From: a virus | Lineage: Duplodnaviria > Heunggongvirae > Uroviricota > Caudoviricetes | Virus record (IMG/VR): IMGVR_UViG_3300042901_002340 | Length of the DNA stretch: 64,000 nt | Direction: 5' to 3' (one strand) | In this document: piece by piece, positions 32,071-44,328 of the stretch | How positions within the stretch are numbered: position 1 is the stretch's first letter | Layout of the letters: each line of letters begins with the position of its first letter | Notes under the pieces: model-generated | Database searches by the model: none | What the model was told of the DNA's origin: nothing | Seen by the model: the letters and a program-made list of their open reading frames with translations, nothing else | Translations under genes and position numbers: made by a program

Positions 32071-33402
32071 TTACTTTACGAAGGTTTGATTTAGATTATT
32101 ATATCCTGTACCTGCTTCCCATGTGCCCACATTGGATAATCTTATAGAATATTCAGGTCTTGTTGATAAGGTTACATTATTATCAGGCAACCAAATATAT
32201 GAATTATAAGAACCACTTGGTAGTCCAGATATATCAAATGTTTGGTTTAATGTCACAGTAGAGTACCACGAATTAACATCAGTTGTTATTTGAAATGGAT
32301 ATGTGATTCCACTTGAAGTGTTTTTAAACACGATATGAGCATTTCTACTTTTAAAAGAATTAGCATATCCTATATTTTCTATATTAATAACAACATTCAT
32401 GCTATTGCCATTTCTTAAAAATCTGCTTGAATTTAATTTTAGTCTATAACCAATATTCTTTTTTATAATATCGTAATCCCCGCTTGTAACCCAACTCTCT
32501 ATCACAGCTGGAAAATAATCCCAGCTTATCAAACTCCAATTATAAAAGTCTAGCTCAATTTTAGCATTAGCACCGTCTGTTCTGGTGGGAACTGCGGTAT
32601 TTAATCCATTACTTTCACCCGAGATAGGTGCATTGCTTGCCCCATTTTGAAATATAGCAATTTGTGTTGCATTAGGTGTTCCCCCTTCGCCAGTAACTAA
32701 AAATGTTCCGCCATCACCATCCTTATTTAAAAAGGCATCATTATAAAAACCAATTCTGGTATTACCTAACGGATACAGCGTTTGTTTATAATAAACAGCT
32801 CTTATTTGTACGGGAATGTCTGAATCAAATTGATTAAGTGCATGATCAACTACTTCTTTCCTATTGTCCCATTGAGTTTGTGTCCATAACAGGTAATTGT
32901 CGTCTCCAAATTCTGCAGATCCTGTATAGTACCATTCCCCATACTTACCTATGAATCCAATTTGGATTGATGAAATAACATCCTTATTAGTGTTTATTAC
33001 AGGGGCAAGTTGCGTGATATGTGCTTTTATTTGTGCTTTTGTTGGTTGATATACTGCTGCGTTCTGAGATGTATATGTAAATCTAGCCAGTACTTTTAAC
33101 CCAGCAGCCCTAATCCTATTAAAATCGGTCTGCATATTTTCTAGATATGTAGTTGTGATTGGTGATCCATCAATAAATAGGAATAGAAAGAATTGTCTTT
33201 GTATCACAGTCAATCCATCATTTACTCTATAATCTGTTAACGTTGATTGATTTAACAGATTATATACTGTTTCCGATGAACCTGTTGTAGTTAACTCGTA
33301 TAATCCCCTCTCTGGGTTGTTAATAATGTTATCATCCAACGCGTATTCTCTAAATGAAGATTTTTGTAAGCTGTTTAAAAACCCTATCGATGGTGAAATC
33401 AT
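32071..33402 (-). CDS. DUF4874/DUF4832-like putative carbohydrate-active protein
   Basis: NPERG, RAAGLK..RFTY, GFIGKYGEW, RIGFYND, IGYR, YSIRLSN..WE..TGYN. Confidence 0.75.
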   Translation of the reverse strand: MISPSIGFLNSLQKSSFREYALDDNIINNPERGLYELTTTGSSETVYNLLNQSTLTDYRVNDGLTVIQRQFFLFLFIDGSPITTTYLENMQTDFNRIRAAGLKVLARFTYTSQNAAVYQPTKAQIKAHITQLAPVINTNKDVISSIQIGFIGKYGEWYYTGSAEFGDDNYLLWTQTQWDNRKEVVDHALNQFDSDIPVQIRAVYYKQTLYPLGNTRIGFYNDAFLNKDGDGGTFLVTGEGGTPNATQIAIFQNGASNAPISGESNGLNTAVPTRTDGANAKIELDFYNWSLISWDYFPAVIESWVTSGDYDIIKKNIGYRLKLNSSRFLRNGNSMNVVINIENIGYANSFKSRNAHIVFKNTSSGITYPFQITTDVNSWYSTVTLNQTFDISGLPSGSYNSYIWLPDNNVTLSTRPEYSIRLSNVGTWEAGTGYNNLNQTFVK

Positions 33403-33404
33403 AA

Positions 33405-36400
33405 TTAATAATTATTTAATTGTAAAAAGTACTCATTGCTATTTCTTGTTAATAGAGCGGAACTTCCAGTTGCACCATTTAGTATGGCTGGTAACCCTCC
33501 CATAACAGTAAGAGTTATTCCTGCTCCTGCTAAAAACGTAATCGCTGCACTTCCTATTTTTGTATAACTTCCTATAAAATCAGCATCTGATGTGCTAAGA
33601 CATGTCAAATTAATTGCAGTGACCCCATTATTTATTTTCGTGTTTCTTCCATGCTGTCCCAATCCACCAGAACTTGTAGTATTTGTATCAATTGGGGAGG
33701 TTGAAGAAATTGTAATATTTGGGATCGATAGAAAATCTGCTCCTGTAGCACCAGTTGCCCCGGCTGGACCAATTAATCCAGTAGCTCCAGTAGCTCCGGT
33801 AGCTCCAGTGGCACCAGTAGCTCCAGTGGCACCAGTAGCTCCAGTGGCACCTTGTTGGATATCGCTTAACATCGCAAAAGTACCGTTTTTATTAGGTAGG
33901 ACCCACGTGTAATTACCATTTAAAAGTTCACCTGATAGCTGTCCGGTAATAGGTCCTAATGAACCTTCATTTCTTTGCGAAAAAACAATTACATTTCTAT
34001 TAGGTTCTATACTAATGTATCTTTGCGTAATACCAGGTTCTGGATCATTTTTTGTGGCAATTACTCTGAGTCCCTGTAATATATCAGTGGACGATATATT
34101 TCCATTTACCGTTTGATTACCATAGAATTGGTTTGGTCCTGTTATAGCAAACGAATTTGTATCTGGTATATCATCTAGCATCGCAAATGTACCACTCTTA
34201 TCTGGCAATTGCTGTTCTAAATTACTTGTAGTGATTAAATCTGTTTTAATAGATGTATCACCACTTGATGTAGTTAATCTAATCATAGGGTTGGCAACCG
34301 ATGATAATTCTAACATTTCTGGTGATATATTTGCAACACCACCAGTTGCTTCACTAAATTGTACACCAGTAGGGTATATTATAGCATATCCTGTATCACT
34401 AGCTAATTGTATAACTGATTCCGATGTTGTGGAACCATTTTGAGCGGCTAAAATTACAGAAGCGGTACCATCTGTCACAGTAATTTGACTACTATCAAAT
34501 TGTGATGCGATAAGAATATCAGTGCCAGTTGCACCAGTAACAATTATATCATTTGTAGTTACATTACCATTATCGGTTACTTGTTGTAGTGTAGGAGTAC
34601 CCACATCGCCACCATCAACTCTAATAATGTTTAAGTTATCATCAACAGCTAAAATTCTTCTATTGTCTGGTGTAATTTTACTAACATTATTTGTCAATCT
34701 ATTAGGTGTATAAATATTACCTGATGAATCTATAGTTATACCACGTGGTTCATTACCTGTTGTACCTAAAATTGTTGATACCCCTGAAGGAGTTATTTTA
34801 CTAATGTTATTTGAATTTGAATTAGCCGTATAAATATTGCCTGACGAGTCTATGACTATACCACGAGGACCATTTCCTGTTGTACCTAAAATTGTTGACA
34901 CTCCTGAAGGAGTTATTTTACTAACGTTATTTGAACCATAATTAGCCGTATAAATATTGCCTAACGAGTCTATGGTTATACTAATTGGAGTACTACCTGT
35001 AGTTCCTAAAATTGTTGACACTCCTGCAGGTGTAATTTTACTAACGTTATTTGAAATACCATTAGCTATATAAATATTGCCTGACGAGTCTATGGCTATA
35101 TCATAAGGACCACTACCTGTAGTGCCAAAAATGCTTGATACTCCCGCAGGTGTAATTTTACTAACGTTATTTGAATCATAATTAGCCGTATATACATTAC
35201 CTGATGAATCCACATTTATTCCAAAAGGACTAATTCCTGTAGTGCCTAAAATGCTTGATACCCCTGCAGGTGTAATTTTACTAACGTTATTTGAATCAGA
35301 ATTAGCCGTATATACATTACCTGATGAATCTATAGTTATAGCGGTAGGAAAACTTCCTGTTGTACCTAAAATTGTTGACACTCCTGAAGGAGTTATTTTA
35401 CTAACGTTATTTGAACCATAATTAGCCGTATAAATATTGCCTAACGAGTCTATGGTTATACTGTGAGGACCAATACTTGTAGTACCAAAAATAATACTTG
35501 TATTTACAATAGGTGGTATATCTACATCTATTTCATTTGAGGTAATGGTAATGTTTTGGCCTGCGGATAAAACTGGTGGAAAGGTTTCTAATGAACCATC
35601 CCCTCTAATGTACTGACCAGTAGTCCCATTTATATATGATATTGTTCCTCCTGTTGCTGAAAACCTTACAATCCCTGTATCTGATAATGCTGCTATTGTA
35701 CCATCTGTATCTGGTAGTTGCCAAGTTCTTGTCTCTGTTAATAAATCCGACCTTAAAACTCCTAAACCTACTCCTATACTTGAATCTTGATAAAGATTAA
35801 TTCCAGTATTCGATCCATCACCTATGTATAATCCCACAAATGGTGTGTACATAAAATTATAAATTCCACCGGAATCACTTACAGTAACTGTATATCCATC
35901 TGCAACAAAATTACCAGCAGTAATACCACCTACTTGTATTGCATCTGTAGTAATTGCTCCAGCAGTAACTACTTCTTGAAGCGTTGGAATAGTACCAATA
36001 TCACTTAAAAAAGCAATAGTGCCATCTGCATCTTGTAAAGTATATTTTCTACTTGCTGTTAATTCAGTAGTTGAAATTCTAGCCATAATAGTACCATCTT
36101 TTGATAGTACCGTTTGACCGTTTTCATCGGCTGTTGCATTGTATCCTAATAATTGAACGTGGTCAAAAGTATTTTCGCTACCAGCTGAAAATCCTATTGC
36201 ATTTACATAATCTCCTAGATTACCAGTAGAAGCATTATTTCCTAAACCATTAACGTAATTTCCCTCGTTTAAAAAACAAGCTAAATTACCAAAAGCGTTT
36301 ATGTCAATTCCAGAATTACTTCCTGCTGCAAGTTCTCCTAAAGCGTTTACAATATTTCCAGAATTACTAGAAGCAGCATTTACTCCTATTGCAATTACAG

Positions 36401-37334
36401 TATTTCCAGTATTAGCATCTCCAGCTCCAGTCCCCGCAAAGAAATTGCCATCAACTAAATCGTGATTATTGTCTAATACTTGTTGAAGTGTAGGAGTTGC
36501 ACCTCCAGTTGCACTTATAATAAGGTTTAAAGGGTCTGTATCATCAATATCTATATTTGTACCAGCTGTTAATGTAGGTATATCATCTAAGGTGGCAATT
36601 TCCTTTATATCATTACCCGCATCCCTAAAATTATATGTTCCATTTCCCGTAGGGTTTGAAAATGTTATAGAGGTGTTAATTCCTAATCCAACTTTTCCGT
36701 AGACTAATTTATTAGACTCTATAAAAAAATATTCGTTTGAATTTAAAATAGACGCACCTCCAATACCAAAAATAGAGTATGTATTAAACGCTGTGGTGTC
36801 AACAAAAGATATTGAACCAGGATTTATAAAGCTTGTTATATTAGCATACTTAATTTCTAATCCAGCATCAACATCATTAGGCACTTCAACTATTATTGAA
36901 TTAGTAGTTACATTTCCTTCGTCTGTTACTTGTTGAAGTGTTGATGTTCCTATAGGGCCAGTAGGGCCAGTTACTCCCTGGATCCCCTGTCCTCCAGTTG
37001 CTCCAGTTCCTCCAGTTGCTCCAGTTCCTCCAACAGGACCAGTAGGACCAACAGGACCAGTAGGACCAGAAGAAGGACCGGCGGGACCAACAGGACCGGT
37101 TACTCCTTGTTCCCCAGTTGCTCCAACAGGACCAGTAACACCACTTGCTCCTGTTGCTCCAGTAGAACCTGTTGCGCCATAGTAATAGGGAAGATCCGAC
37201 CATCTGGTTATGCCGTCTCCAATTTTAAGTTTTTCGCTATCAGTTTCATAAGCGGGCTCACCCGATAATAGAACTGGATTATTTGCTTGCCAGTTTTCTA
37301 AGGTGTCTCTTCTTAATAATATTCTATACGCCAT
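33405..37334 (-). CDS. Tail fibre/adhesin: Mtd N-terminal domain, collagen-like repeats, 7 NHL-like repeats
   Basis: [10 protein letters not shown]...NPVL..GEP.YETD..KLKIGDG...W..LPY; G-x-T triplets; TLQQV motifs; 40-aa repeats. Confidence 0.85.
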   Translation of the reverse strand: MAYRILLRRDTLENWQANNPVLLSGEPAYETDSEKLKIGDGITRWSDLPYYYGATGSTGATGASGVTGPVGATGEQGVTGPVGPAGPSSGPTGPVGPTGPVGGTGATGGTGATGGQGIQGVTGPTGPIGTSTLQQVTDEGNVTTNSIIVEVPNDVDAGLEIKYANITSFINPGSISFVDTTAFNTYSIFGIGGASILNSNEYFFIESNKLVYGKVGLGINTSITFSNPTGNGTYNFRDAGNDIKEIATLDDIPTLTAGTNIDIDDTDPLNLIISATGGATPTLQQVLDNNHDLVDGNFFAGTGAGDANTGNTVIAIGVNAASSNSGNIVNALGELAAGSNSGIDINAFGNLACFLNEGNYVNGLGNNASTGNLGDYVNAIGFSAGSENTFDHVQLLGYNATADENGQTVLSKDGTIMARISTTELTASRKYTLQDADGTIAFLSDIGTIPTLQEVVTAGAITTDAIQVGGITAGNFVADGYTVTVSDSGGIYNFMYTPFVGLYIGDGSNTGINLYQDSSIGVGLGVLRSDLLTETRTWQLPDTDGTIAALSDTGIVRFSATGGTISYINGTTGQYIRGDGSLETFPPVLSAGQNITITSNEIDVDIPPIVNTSIIFGTTSIGPHSITIDSLGNIYTANYGSNNVSKITPSGVSTILGTTGSFPTAITIDSSGNVYTANSDSNNVSKITPAGVSSILGTTGISPFGINVDSSGNVYTANYDSNNVSKITPAGVSSIFGTTGSGPYDIAIDSSGNIYIANGISNNVSKITPAGVSTILGTTGSTPISITIDSLGNIYTANYGSNNVSKITPSGVSTILGTTGNGPRGIVIDSSGNIYTANSNSNNISKITPSGVSTILGTTGNEPRGITIDSSGNIYTPNRLTNNVSKITPDNRRILAVDDNLNIIRVDGGDVGTPTLQQVTDNGNVTTNDIIVTGATGTDILIASQFDSSQITVTDGTASVILAAQNGSTTSESVIQLASDTGYAIIYPTGVQFSEATGGVANISPEMLELSSVANPMIRLTTSSGDTSIKTDLITTSNLEQQLPDKSGTFAMLDDIPDTNSFAITGPNQFYGNQTVNGNISSTDILQGLRVIATKNDPEPGITQRYISIEPNRNVIVFSQRNEGSLGPITGQLSGELLNGNYTWVLPNKNGTFAMLSDIQQGATGATGATGATGATGATGATGATGLIGPAGATGATGADFLSIPNITISSTSPIDTNTTSSGGLGQHGRNTKINNGVTAINLTCLSTSDADFIGSYTKIGSAAITFLAGAGITLTVMGGLPAILNGATGSSALLTRNSNEYFLQLNNY
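34668..35500. repeat. Seven 120-nt tandem repeats (NHL-like beta-propeller blades)
   Basis: Period of 120 nt visible in sequence; [31 protein letters not shown]. Confidence 0.92.
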
Positions 37335-37379
37335 TGTTTTTGTTTATATTTACGATTGAAAATAAAGGTTGATTATTTT

Positions 37380-38420
37380 TTAATCTGTTCTTTTTGTGAA
37401 ATCTATTGTGACGAAAATATCAACTTGGAGCGGTGTTGATGTATTATTATTATAGACTCTAACACCAAATGCAGCACCGAGTGTTGTCGATCCGGAGTAG
37501 GGTATGGTCATAATTTGATTAAGACCACCTAATGTAGACTCTTTAGATGTTTGGTAGTATCCCGATCCGAATGTGTCTTTTACTAGCACATTCATCGATA
37601 TGAAACTTTTTAGATCTAAACTTGTATGTAGATTTGTTTGATCATAAACACCACCGGTTGCAGTTCCCTCGTAACATTTTCTATAAATGGGCTTACCGTC
37701 TATCCACGTACCGACAACAATTTCGGGTGATGCTGGATTCGGGTATGTATTAGTTGTTCCAGTAGGTCCAGTAGCACCTATTGTTCCAGTAGATCCGGTA
37801 GCACCTGTTGCTCCGGTAGGACCAGATGCGGCAGGTATGGTAACATTACCAGTAGCGTCTGCATAATTGGTACCATTAATGGAGGTAATTAAAGTTCTAG
37901 GTGTACTACCGCATCTAGGAAATTCTAATAAATTTAATCCGGTAAGATTATTGGTGTTTATAGTCATTCCATTATTCCCACTCCTACTAAAAGATAATGA
38001 ATCCTTTGAAAAATAACTTGCTATAAAACTTGGGGAATTAGTTGAAGAAACGGAAAAATACTCACCATTAGTAAAAGCCACTGTATTGTCGCTAACATTT
38101 CTTATTCTAATTTGTTGACCTGGATTACCAATTCCACTTACAGCTAGAACCTGTGGAAGTCCTGGAATGGCTCCAGTAGGACCAGTTGCTCCAACAGGAC
38201 CAGTAACGCCAGTTGCTCCAGTTGCTCCAACAGAACCAGTAACGCCAGTTGCTCCAGTTGCTCCATAGTAATAAGGAAGATCTAACCATCTGCTTATACC
38301 GTTACCAACTTTAAGTTTTCCACTATCAGTTTCATAAGCTGGTTCACCCGATAATAGGACCGGATTATTTGCTTGCCAATTTTCTAGGGTGTCCCTTCTT
38401 AATAATATTCTATACGCCAT
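37380..38420 (-). CDS. Tail fibre-like protein with Mtd N-terminal domain and collagen repeats
   Basis: Same N-terminus as 33405..37334; GTWIDGKPIYRK fibre motif. Confidence 0.85.
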   Translation of the reverse strand: MAYRILLRRDTLENWQANNPVLLSGEPAYETDSGKLKVGNGISRWLDLPYYYGATGATGVTGSVGATGATGVTGPVGATGPTGAIPGLPQVLAVSGIGNPGQQIRIRNVSDNTVAFTNGEYFSVSSTNSPSFIASYFSKDSLSFSRSGNNGMTINTNNLTGLNLLEFPRCGSTPRTLITSINGTNYADATGNVTIPAASGPTGATGATGSTGTIGATGPTGTTNTYPNPASPEIVVGTWIDGKPIYRKCYEGTATGGVYDQTNLHTSLDLKSFISMNVLVKDTFGSGYYQTSKESTLGGLNQIMTIPYSGSTTLGAAFGVRVYNNNTSTPLQVDIFVTIDFTKRTD

Positions 38421-38429
38421 TGTTTTTAT

Positions 38430-39125
38430 TTATGTTTGCGATTGAAAATATTTTTCAATTCTTTTACTTAATCTAACTCTAGGGTCTGTTATTTTTCTGT
38501 TTACCTCTTCATATGTCAACACAAAACCAAAACTTAAAAAAATTCTTCTGGAATTAAATTCATTGGTCCAATGTTTGTATAGTGAAGCTTCGAAGCAATA
38601 TAAATCAGTTTCTTCTATGTTAACCACTTCTTCACCAACATAAAAATCATAATCTTCAGATAAAACACTTATATTACATTTATAGTTGACATAACCATCC
38701 AATGATGCATCATAATGTGGATTTATCTTACCACCCTTGTTCATGTCAACCGCTTGAAGAAAAATATTTTCTTTTGATATGTTTAACTCATTTGAAATTC
38801 TACCTATAATCACATGGATAAAATCTGGCAACGGGTCATTTGACACGTCAGATATTGACTGAAACTTTGTTATATAGTTTGTCAATGTTGTGTTAGATAT
38901 ATCGAAAATACAGGATTTACCTTTTAGTGTTTTGGATAACTCTGATAAATGATAATTGCTATCATCACCAGTATGGTTAACAGAATCTATCCATTGAACT
39001 ATTTGGTTTGCTTCATCTTTTGTGATGAAGTTTTTTCTAATCTTATATGTTTCCAAATCCACCATATTTTCCAATTTTTTTAAGGTTATGTTTTTCCAAA
39101 AATTCTTTTGGTCCCATAACTTCAA
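38430..39125 (-). CDS. 2OG-Fe(II) oxygenase-like protein
   Basis: NFIT.DE, PHYD, distal H, RIFLSFG; start probably MVDLE. Confidence 0.7.
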   Translation of the reverse strand: MKLWDQKNFWKNITLKKLENMVDLETYKIRKNFITKDEANQIVQWIDSVNHTGDDSNYHLSELSKTLKGKSCIFDISNTTLTNYITKFQSISDVSNDPLPDFIHVIIGRISNELNISKENIFLQAVDMNKGGKINPHYDASLDGYVNYKCNISVLSEDYDFYVGEEVVNIEETDLYCFEASLYKHWTNEFNSRRIFLSFGFVLTYEEVNRKITDPRVRLSKRIEKYFQSQT

Positions 39126-39312
39126 TAATTGTTAATTCTGCTGAATCCATAAGAGATTTTGCTTTTTCTTCAGTAACAGCCATAACACATAGTTTATGCG
39201 TTGCTGGTAACTCTCCAGTTGGGGATAAATCTATTTTTAAGATGTTATCATTTTTCATTTTTTCTCTTGCTTGAAGAACTTTGCTTTCTTCACATAATAT
39301 ACAGATTCTCAT
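39043..39312 (-). CDS. Hypothetical protein
   Basis: 89 aa ORF with A-rich leader. Confidence 0.65.
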   Translation of the reverse strand: MRICILCEESKVLQAREKMKNDNILKIDLSPTGELPATHKLCVMAVTEEKAKSLMDSAELTIIEVMGPKEFLEKHNLKKIGKYGGFGNI

Positions 39313-39335
39313 ATTTGTTGTTTTGTTTGTGTTTG

Positions 39336-39944
39336 TTAGTTATAAACTCTGATTTCTATTGGGGTTCTGATTAAATATTCTGAAGATACCACATCGTTAT
39401 TAAAATCCTTAGTTTTTATATATGCGACAGATTCTGTGTCAAATCCTGAAGCAACATAACCATTACCTGTCTCCCAATAAGCATTACCTATTACAATTGT
39501 TGATTTATTATAAGTAAATAATCCATTTGACTGACCAGCATAACTTCCAATTGCTTCGTAAGTAAACCAAATATTTCCAATAGTGTTTTCTAACACTGTT
39601 ACTACTGGAGCACCTGTGTTGTAGCTTAAGTTACCTCCACTATAATTATTAGGCACTTCATTATTAGTCGCAACAAATATAGTATTTACATTATTATTAG
39701 GAGCACCTACATTACTAAAGTCTCCTGTAGTAGTTTCCTTAATTTTATAAGTAACTCCTTTTGTCACAGCTCCTGAACTTAAAGTTAATGGGTCATCCCC
39801 ACCGCTCTGTGTTAATAAAGCTGTATACACTTTATATGGTCTTGTATTTGTTGTACCTGTTACTGTAAAGTTACCATCTATGGTGAAATCCCCACCTATA
39901 GTTTGTTCCTCTAAGTTATCTATTATGTATTTTGTTGTGCTCAT
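39336..39944 (-). CDS. Fibre-associated hypothetical protein
   Basis: YKVYTALLTQSG...VLENTIG...IEIRVYN module shared with 43634..44305. Confidence 0.7.
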   Translation of the reverse strand: MSTTKYIIDNLEEQTIGGDFTIDGNFTVTGTTNTRPYKVYTALLTQSGGDDPLTLSSGAVTKGVTYKIKETTTGDFSNVGAPNNNVNTIFVATNNEVPNNYSGGNLSYNTGAPVVTVLENTIGNIWFTYEAIGSYAGQSNGLFTYNKSTIVIGNAYWETGNGYVASGFDTESVAYIKTKDFNNDVVSSEYLIRTPIEIRVYN

Positions 39945-40045
39945 CTTGTTGGTTTTTTTTCATTATTTATGAAGCTTATATGGATCTTAACGGGTTGCAT
40001 ATTTATGATCCTGATGGTTTATTCGCTGCTGTTTTTGAGTGTGTT

Positions 40046-43000
40046 CTAATCGTTGATATCAGTTATTGTCAGAATCCCATTTCCATCATAGAAAGATAAT
40101 TTTTTATTGGTACCCTCCGCTAATTGTTTTTTTTCAAAAATCTGGCACGTATATGGTTCATACACGGAAGGATTTGGACTTACCCCAGTAACCCCAATTG
40201 TTATATCGTCGGAATATAATGCGGTTACTTCTATTGTTATATCATCACTCCCACTAGTTCCACCAAACACATCACCTGATATTACTAAGAGATCTCCATT
40301 TTTATATCCACCCCCTCCTGTGTTTAGATCTATAGCGCTAACTTGGCTTGACGTAACTGTGATATTAAATGATGCATTTTCACCACCACCTGTTCCTCCT
40401 GCGAAGACGTTGTCATAATTCCCATTCTCCCCGGTTTTGCCTATAGCGTCGCTTGTAAATAAATCGATAACCCCGGTAACCCCACCAATGGCTGTTCCAA
40501 GTATTGTTAAAGTATCACCTATCTGATATAATTTACCCTGGTTGTCCTCGTTAACCTCGGTTACTATACCACTTGTTACCAGGACTTCAAAAGTTGCACC
40601 TGTACCTTTGCCATCTGTCGTGGCGGTTAATCCTACATAAAGATCGTCGGATGCACTAGTTCCACCTGCAGTATAACTAAATCCTGTGATATTTCCATAA
40701 TTAGTTGTAAAATCTGTTGAGCCTATAGCGGTATTTATTATGTTCCATTGGAAATAGTCGCCAATAGTATTATTATTAAAATTATCAGGAATGGAATTAT
40801 TATAGAAATATTCACTTATAATGTTGTCTTGGAAATTATTTCCTATTTTGTTTCCTTGCGGATCATTATTACCAAAACCAAAACCGTCACCTATGAGATT
40901 ATCTTGAAATCCGTTGCCTATTTCATTGTTTTGAAAATCATCCGCTATGGTGTTATTATAAACACCACCACCAAAAGTGTTATTGGAAAAATTTAATCCT
41001 ATCACATTACTATCAAAATCGCTTATCCATTTATTACCGCTAACCATACCTAAAAAGTCATTGCCAGTTGTAACAGTACCAATTTGATTACTATAAACTG
41101 GACCAAAAAATTGATTAGAATCAATATAAGGACCAACATTGTTACCTGCAAATATATCAAATATTAAATTACCTTTAAATAATCCAGCTATTATATTATC
41201 TCGAAAATTACTACCATTATTATTATCCTGTGTATAAATCGAATTCCATTCAGTGCCTACTGGAGATACATTAGAATTCCAATTGTTTTCGTCTGCTATG
41301 TTGTATATAGCACCGCCATTATTGCTTCTTGCTATCTCTAAGCTACCTTCAACAATGACATCTACAATATCCTCGTAATTTTTCTTTGTGAAATATACAG
41401 TAGGTTCTTCGGTTGGCCAAACTTTTGTTCTTTCGTATGAAAAACCGCTACCATTTCCATTTTGTGTCCATTGAGTAAATTTAACTTTATGATATTGATT
41501 GTTAACTGTATCGTGCATTATTAGCTCTTTACCTAATATAACATTTCCAACGGCCTCACCATCATCACCATACAATGCATTATAAAAATTATCATAATCT
41601 CGGCTATCTAAATTTTCAATACCAGTGTTGTCCCAATTAAAATAATCGTCGTTGCCTAGATTGTTATTCTCAAAAGTGCTACCGATTTGGTTATTTTTAA
41701 AATTATATGAAATGCTATTAGAATAGAAATCATTTCCAATGTGATTATTCTGGAAATAATCTCCAATCAATTCATTATTGTTAAAATTATTTCCAATGTG
41801 ATTGTCTCTAAAAGCATATCCAATGTTTACGTTTTGATAAAAATCATTCCCGATTACATTACCTTCAAAATCACCATTAGCAATATTATAAGTAAACGAA
41901 TTACTGATTTGATTATCATCAAAATCTTGTCGGATAGTGTTATATTCAAAGATGTGACCGATTCTATTTAGACCAAAAGTGAAATTAGTCGTATTTCCGG
42001 AATCTCCTATCGTATTCCCTCTAAAATAATTACCTATCTCATTTTCATAGAAACCTGAATGTATCGCATTATCATAAAAATCAATGCCTATAATATTTTC
42101 TCCAAATGGCGAATAGATTCTATTATTATAACATTGTTCACCAATTTGATTGTTGTAAAAACTATCTTCTACTAAATTATCATAGAAACCGGTAAGGGTA
42201 TTTTTACTAAATCGATCAAGTATGATGTTATTGTAAAAACTTCCTTTGATTGTGTTATAATAAAAATCACCTGCACCTGTATAGAAATTTTGATAGAAAC
42301 TACCATCTATAGTATTAAAACTGAATTCATCGCCATCGTCATCCCCAAAATTGTTTTCATAAAAACTTCCAGTGATTGTGTTACTATTAAAATCACAATC
42401 TATTATATTGTCACGAAAAGTATTATTGATTGTATTGTGGTCAAAATCGCTATTAATAATATTGTTGTAAAAATCATCTCTAATAATATTAGAATCGCAA
42501 TCATCATTGAATGTGTTGTTTCTAAAATCAGTTCCGAATAAATTATCTGTATAAACGTTTGGAAATTCTAAATCTTCGTTTCTAAAAACATTATTTGGTA
42601 ATAAGAATATTTTTTCTCGGAATTCAGTATATGATGTAGTGTTTATCGATACGTTATTAAAAGCTGTCGCATGATTTTCGAATGTGTAATATTCATACTC
42701 ATTAGTATTAGAGATGATAGTGTTCTTTTTCCACGACATTCCCAATAATACTCTAGCGTCAACCAAACGACCATTTACAATTTCACTAATTGCCTTACCA
42801 GTCACAACCATATTAGTGTTATCTTCGATAGATACAATTTGATAATACGTTATAAGTTCAGATCCTTCTGTATTGTTTTTAAGTATTCCGATGATATCAC
42901 CGGCATTAAAATTTTCAAAAAATGTTCCATTGCCTTCAATGTTACCATTACTTGAAGTACCGCCAGCTGGAGCAATAGAAACTAGTCCATCATAAACCGT

Positions 43001-43615
43001 CTCAGAAAAATATGCATCGTATCTTTTGAAAAGAACTTCTCTAAAATCATAATCAAAAGCGTTTCCTTGATCGTCTTTTCTGTATGTTATTCTACCAAAT
43101 GCAGGACCACCGGTCACTTCGGTTTGATCAAATGAAACATCATATTTAATATCATCGTTGGGCCATTCCGGTTGATATGCATCGGATGCTAATGAATTCG
43201 AACTTAACGCAAGCACGATTATGGGTGAAACTCCACCTTCTTTATAAGTGCCAGTCTGGATCTCTTCCCCATTAAAATTATAATCCGGTTGATCATAACA
43301 AGTTTTAAAATCCGTTATTAAATAGCTACTATTCTGTATTAATCCATCGGTGTCAATTAAATTGGTTAACCCACTGTATGTAACAGAAATTAAAGAACCA
43401 CCACCTGGCGCTCCAGTTGCTCCTTGTGCTCCAGTTGCTCCAGTTGCTCCAGTTATGCCTGAATAATACGGAAGCTGTGACCATGGGGTTTGCCCATCGC
43501 CCATCTTGAATTTTCTGGTGTCCATCTCGTAGCCAGGTTCACCCGACATAAGAACCGGATCATTATAGTTCCAATTCTGTGATAAATCTCTTCTTAGTAA
43601 TATTCTATAAGGCAT
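40046..43615 (-). CDS. Tail fibre/spike with Mtd N-terminal domain and Asn-rich beta-helix repeats
   Basis: Mtd-N start; many F..N.IG..F..N repeats. Confidence 0.8.
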   Translation of the reverse strand: MPYRILLRRDLSQNWNYNDPVLMSGEPGYEMDTRKFKMGDGQTPWSQLPYYSGITGATGATGAQGATGAPGGGSLISVTYSGLTNLIDTDGLIQNSSYLITDFKTCYDQPDYNFNGEEIQTGTYKEGGVSPIIVLALSSNSLASDAYQPEWPNDDIKYDVSFDQTEVTGGPAFGRITYRKDDQGNAFDYDFREVLFKRYDAYFSETVYDGLVSIAPAGGTSSNGNIEGNGTFFENFNAGDIIGILKNNTEGSELITYYQIVSIEDNTNMVVTGKAISEIVNGRLVDARVLLGMSWKKNTIISNTNEYEYYTFENHATAFNNVSINTTSYTEFREKIFLLPNNVFRNEDLEFPNVYTDNLFGTDFRNNTFNDDCDSNIIRDDFYNNIINSDFDHNTINNTFRDNIIDCDFNSNTITGSFYENNFGDDDGDEFSFNTIDGSFYQNFYTGAGDFYYNTIKGSFYNNIILDRFSKNTLTGFYDNLVEDSFYNNQIGEQCYNNRIYSPFGENIIGIDFYDNAIHSGFYENEIGNYFRGNTIGDSGNTTNFTFGLNRIGHIFEYNTIRQDFDDNQISNSFTYNIANGDFEGNVIGNDFYQNVNIGYAFRDNHIGNNFNNNELIGDYFQNNHIGNDFYSNSISYNFKNNQIGSTFENNNLGNDDYFNWDNTGIENLDSRDYDNFYNALYGDDGEAVGNVILGKELIMHDTVNNQYHKVKFTQWTQNGNGSGFSYERTKVWPTEEPTVYFTKKNYEDIVDVIVEGSLEIARSNNGGAIYNIADENNWNSNVSPVGTEWNSIYTQDNNNGSNFRDNIIAGLFKGNLIFDIFAGNNVGPYIDSNQFFGPVYSNQIGTVTTGNDFLGMVSGNKWISDFDSNVIGLNFSNNTFGGGVYNNTIADDFQNNEIGNGFQDNLIGDGFGFGNNDPQGNKIGNNFQDNIISEYFYNNSIPDNFNNNTIGDYFQWNIINTAIGSTDFTTNYGNITGFSYTAGGTSASDDLYVGLTATTDGKGTGATFEVLVTSGIVTEVNEDNQGKLYQIGDTLTILGTAIGGVTGVIDLFTSDAIGKTGENGNYDNVFAGGTGGGENASFNITVTSSQVSAIDLNTGGGGYKNGDLLVISGDVFGGTSGSDDITIEVTALYSDDITIGVTGVSPNPSVYEPYTCQIFEKKQLAEGTNKKLSFYDGNGILTITDIND

Positions 43616-43633
43616 TGTTATTTCTTTATATTT

Positions 43634-44305
43634 TTAATTATATACTTTGATTTCCAGGGGGTAAGGTCTATAAGTACCCAGTGGATTTGCTGATAAAATT
43701 AGAGTTGTATCATTCAATCTTCCCACTCCTCTCTCCTGTGCAACGTAAGCATTATTCATAAATGCATCGGGTACAATAATTGTTTTATCCTCCAAAAATA
43801 CGGGTAAATCACTTGTTAGTCTAAATTGTGAAAATGTATTACCGTAATCCGAAGTTAATGTTATTCCTAAAGTATTTTCTAGCACATTAAATGTAGGAAA
43901 CACATTGGGTGTAATTATTTTTACCGGTGAATTACTTGTCCAGTTTGTTGGTGTTGTTCCAGTAGCAATAAAGGGCACGCCGATACTAACAAACCCAATA
44001 TTAGTAAAATTATCCTCTGTTCCCTGATTATACACCTGTTCAACAACATATTTTTGACCGATTATAAAATTGGGTCCTGGTGTTAATGAGGCATAAGATC
44101 CGGTTTGCGTTACTAATGCACTATAAACTTTATAATCCCCTCGTGGACCGGACCAGTAGGGTAAATAGTTCCATGGAGTGACACCATCGCCTATCTTCAT
44201 ATATGTTGTGTCTGTCTCGTAACCAAATTCACCACTCAATAGTATTGGGTTATTCACCAACCATTTACCTGATGGATCTCTTCTTATCTGAACTCTAAAT
44301 GCCAT
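43634..44305 (-). CDS. Mtd N-terminal domain protein
   Basis: RVQIRRD...NPILLSGEFGYETD...KIGDG..W..LPY plus YKVYSALVTQ module. Confidence 0.8.
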   Translation of the reverse strand: MAFRVQIRRDPSGKWLVNNPILLSGEFGYETDTTYMKIGDGVTPWNYLPYWSGPRGDYKVYSALVTQTGSYASLTPGPNFIIGQKYVVEQVYNQGTEDNFTNIGFVSIGVPFIATGTTPTNWTSNSPVKIITPNVFPTFNVLENTLGITLTSDYGNTFSQFRLTSDLPVFLEDKTIIVPDAFMNNAYVAQERGVGRLNDTTLILSANPLGTYRPYPLEIKVYN

Positions 44306-44328
44306 TTCTATTTAATTTTTTATGTTAA

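Noticed and set aside
34668-35500. CRISPR array
   Set aside because: Repeats are in-frame 120-nt coding units without unique spacers
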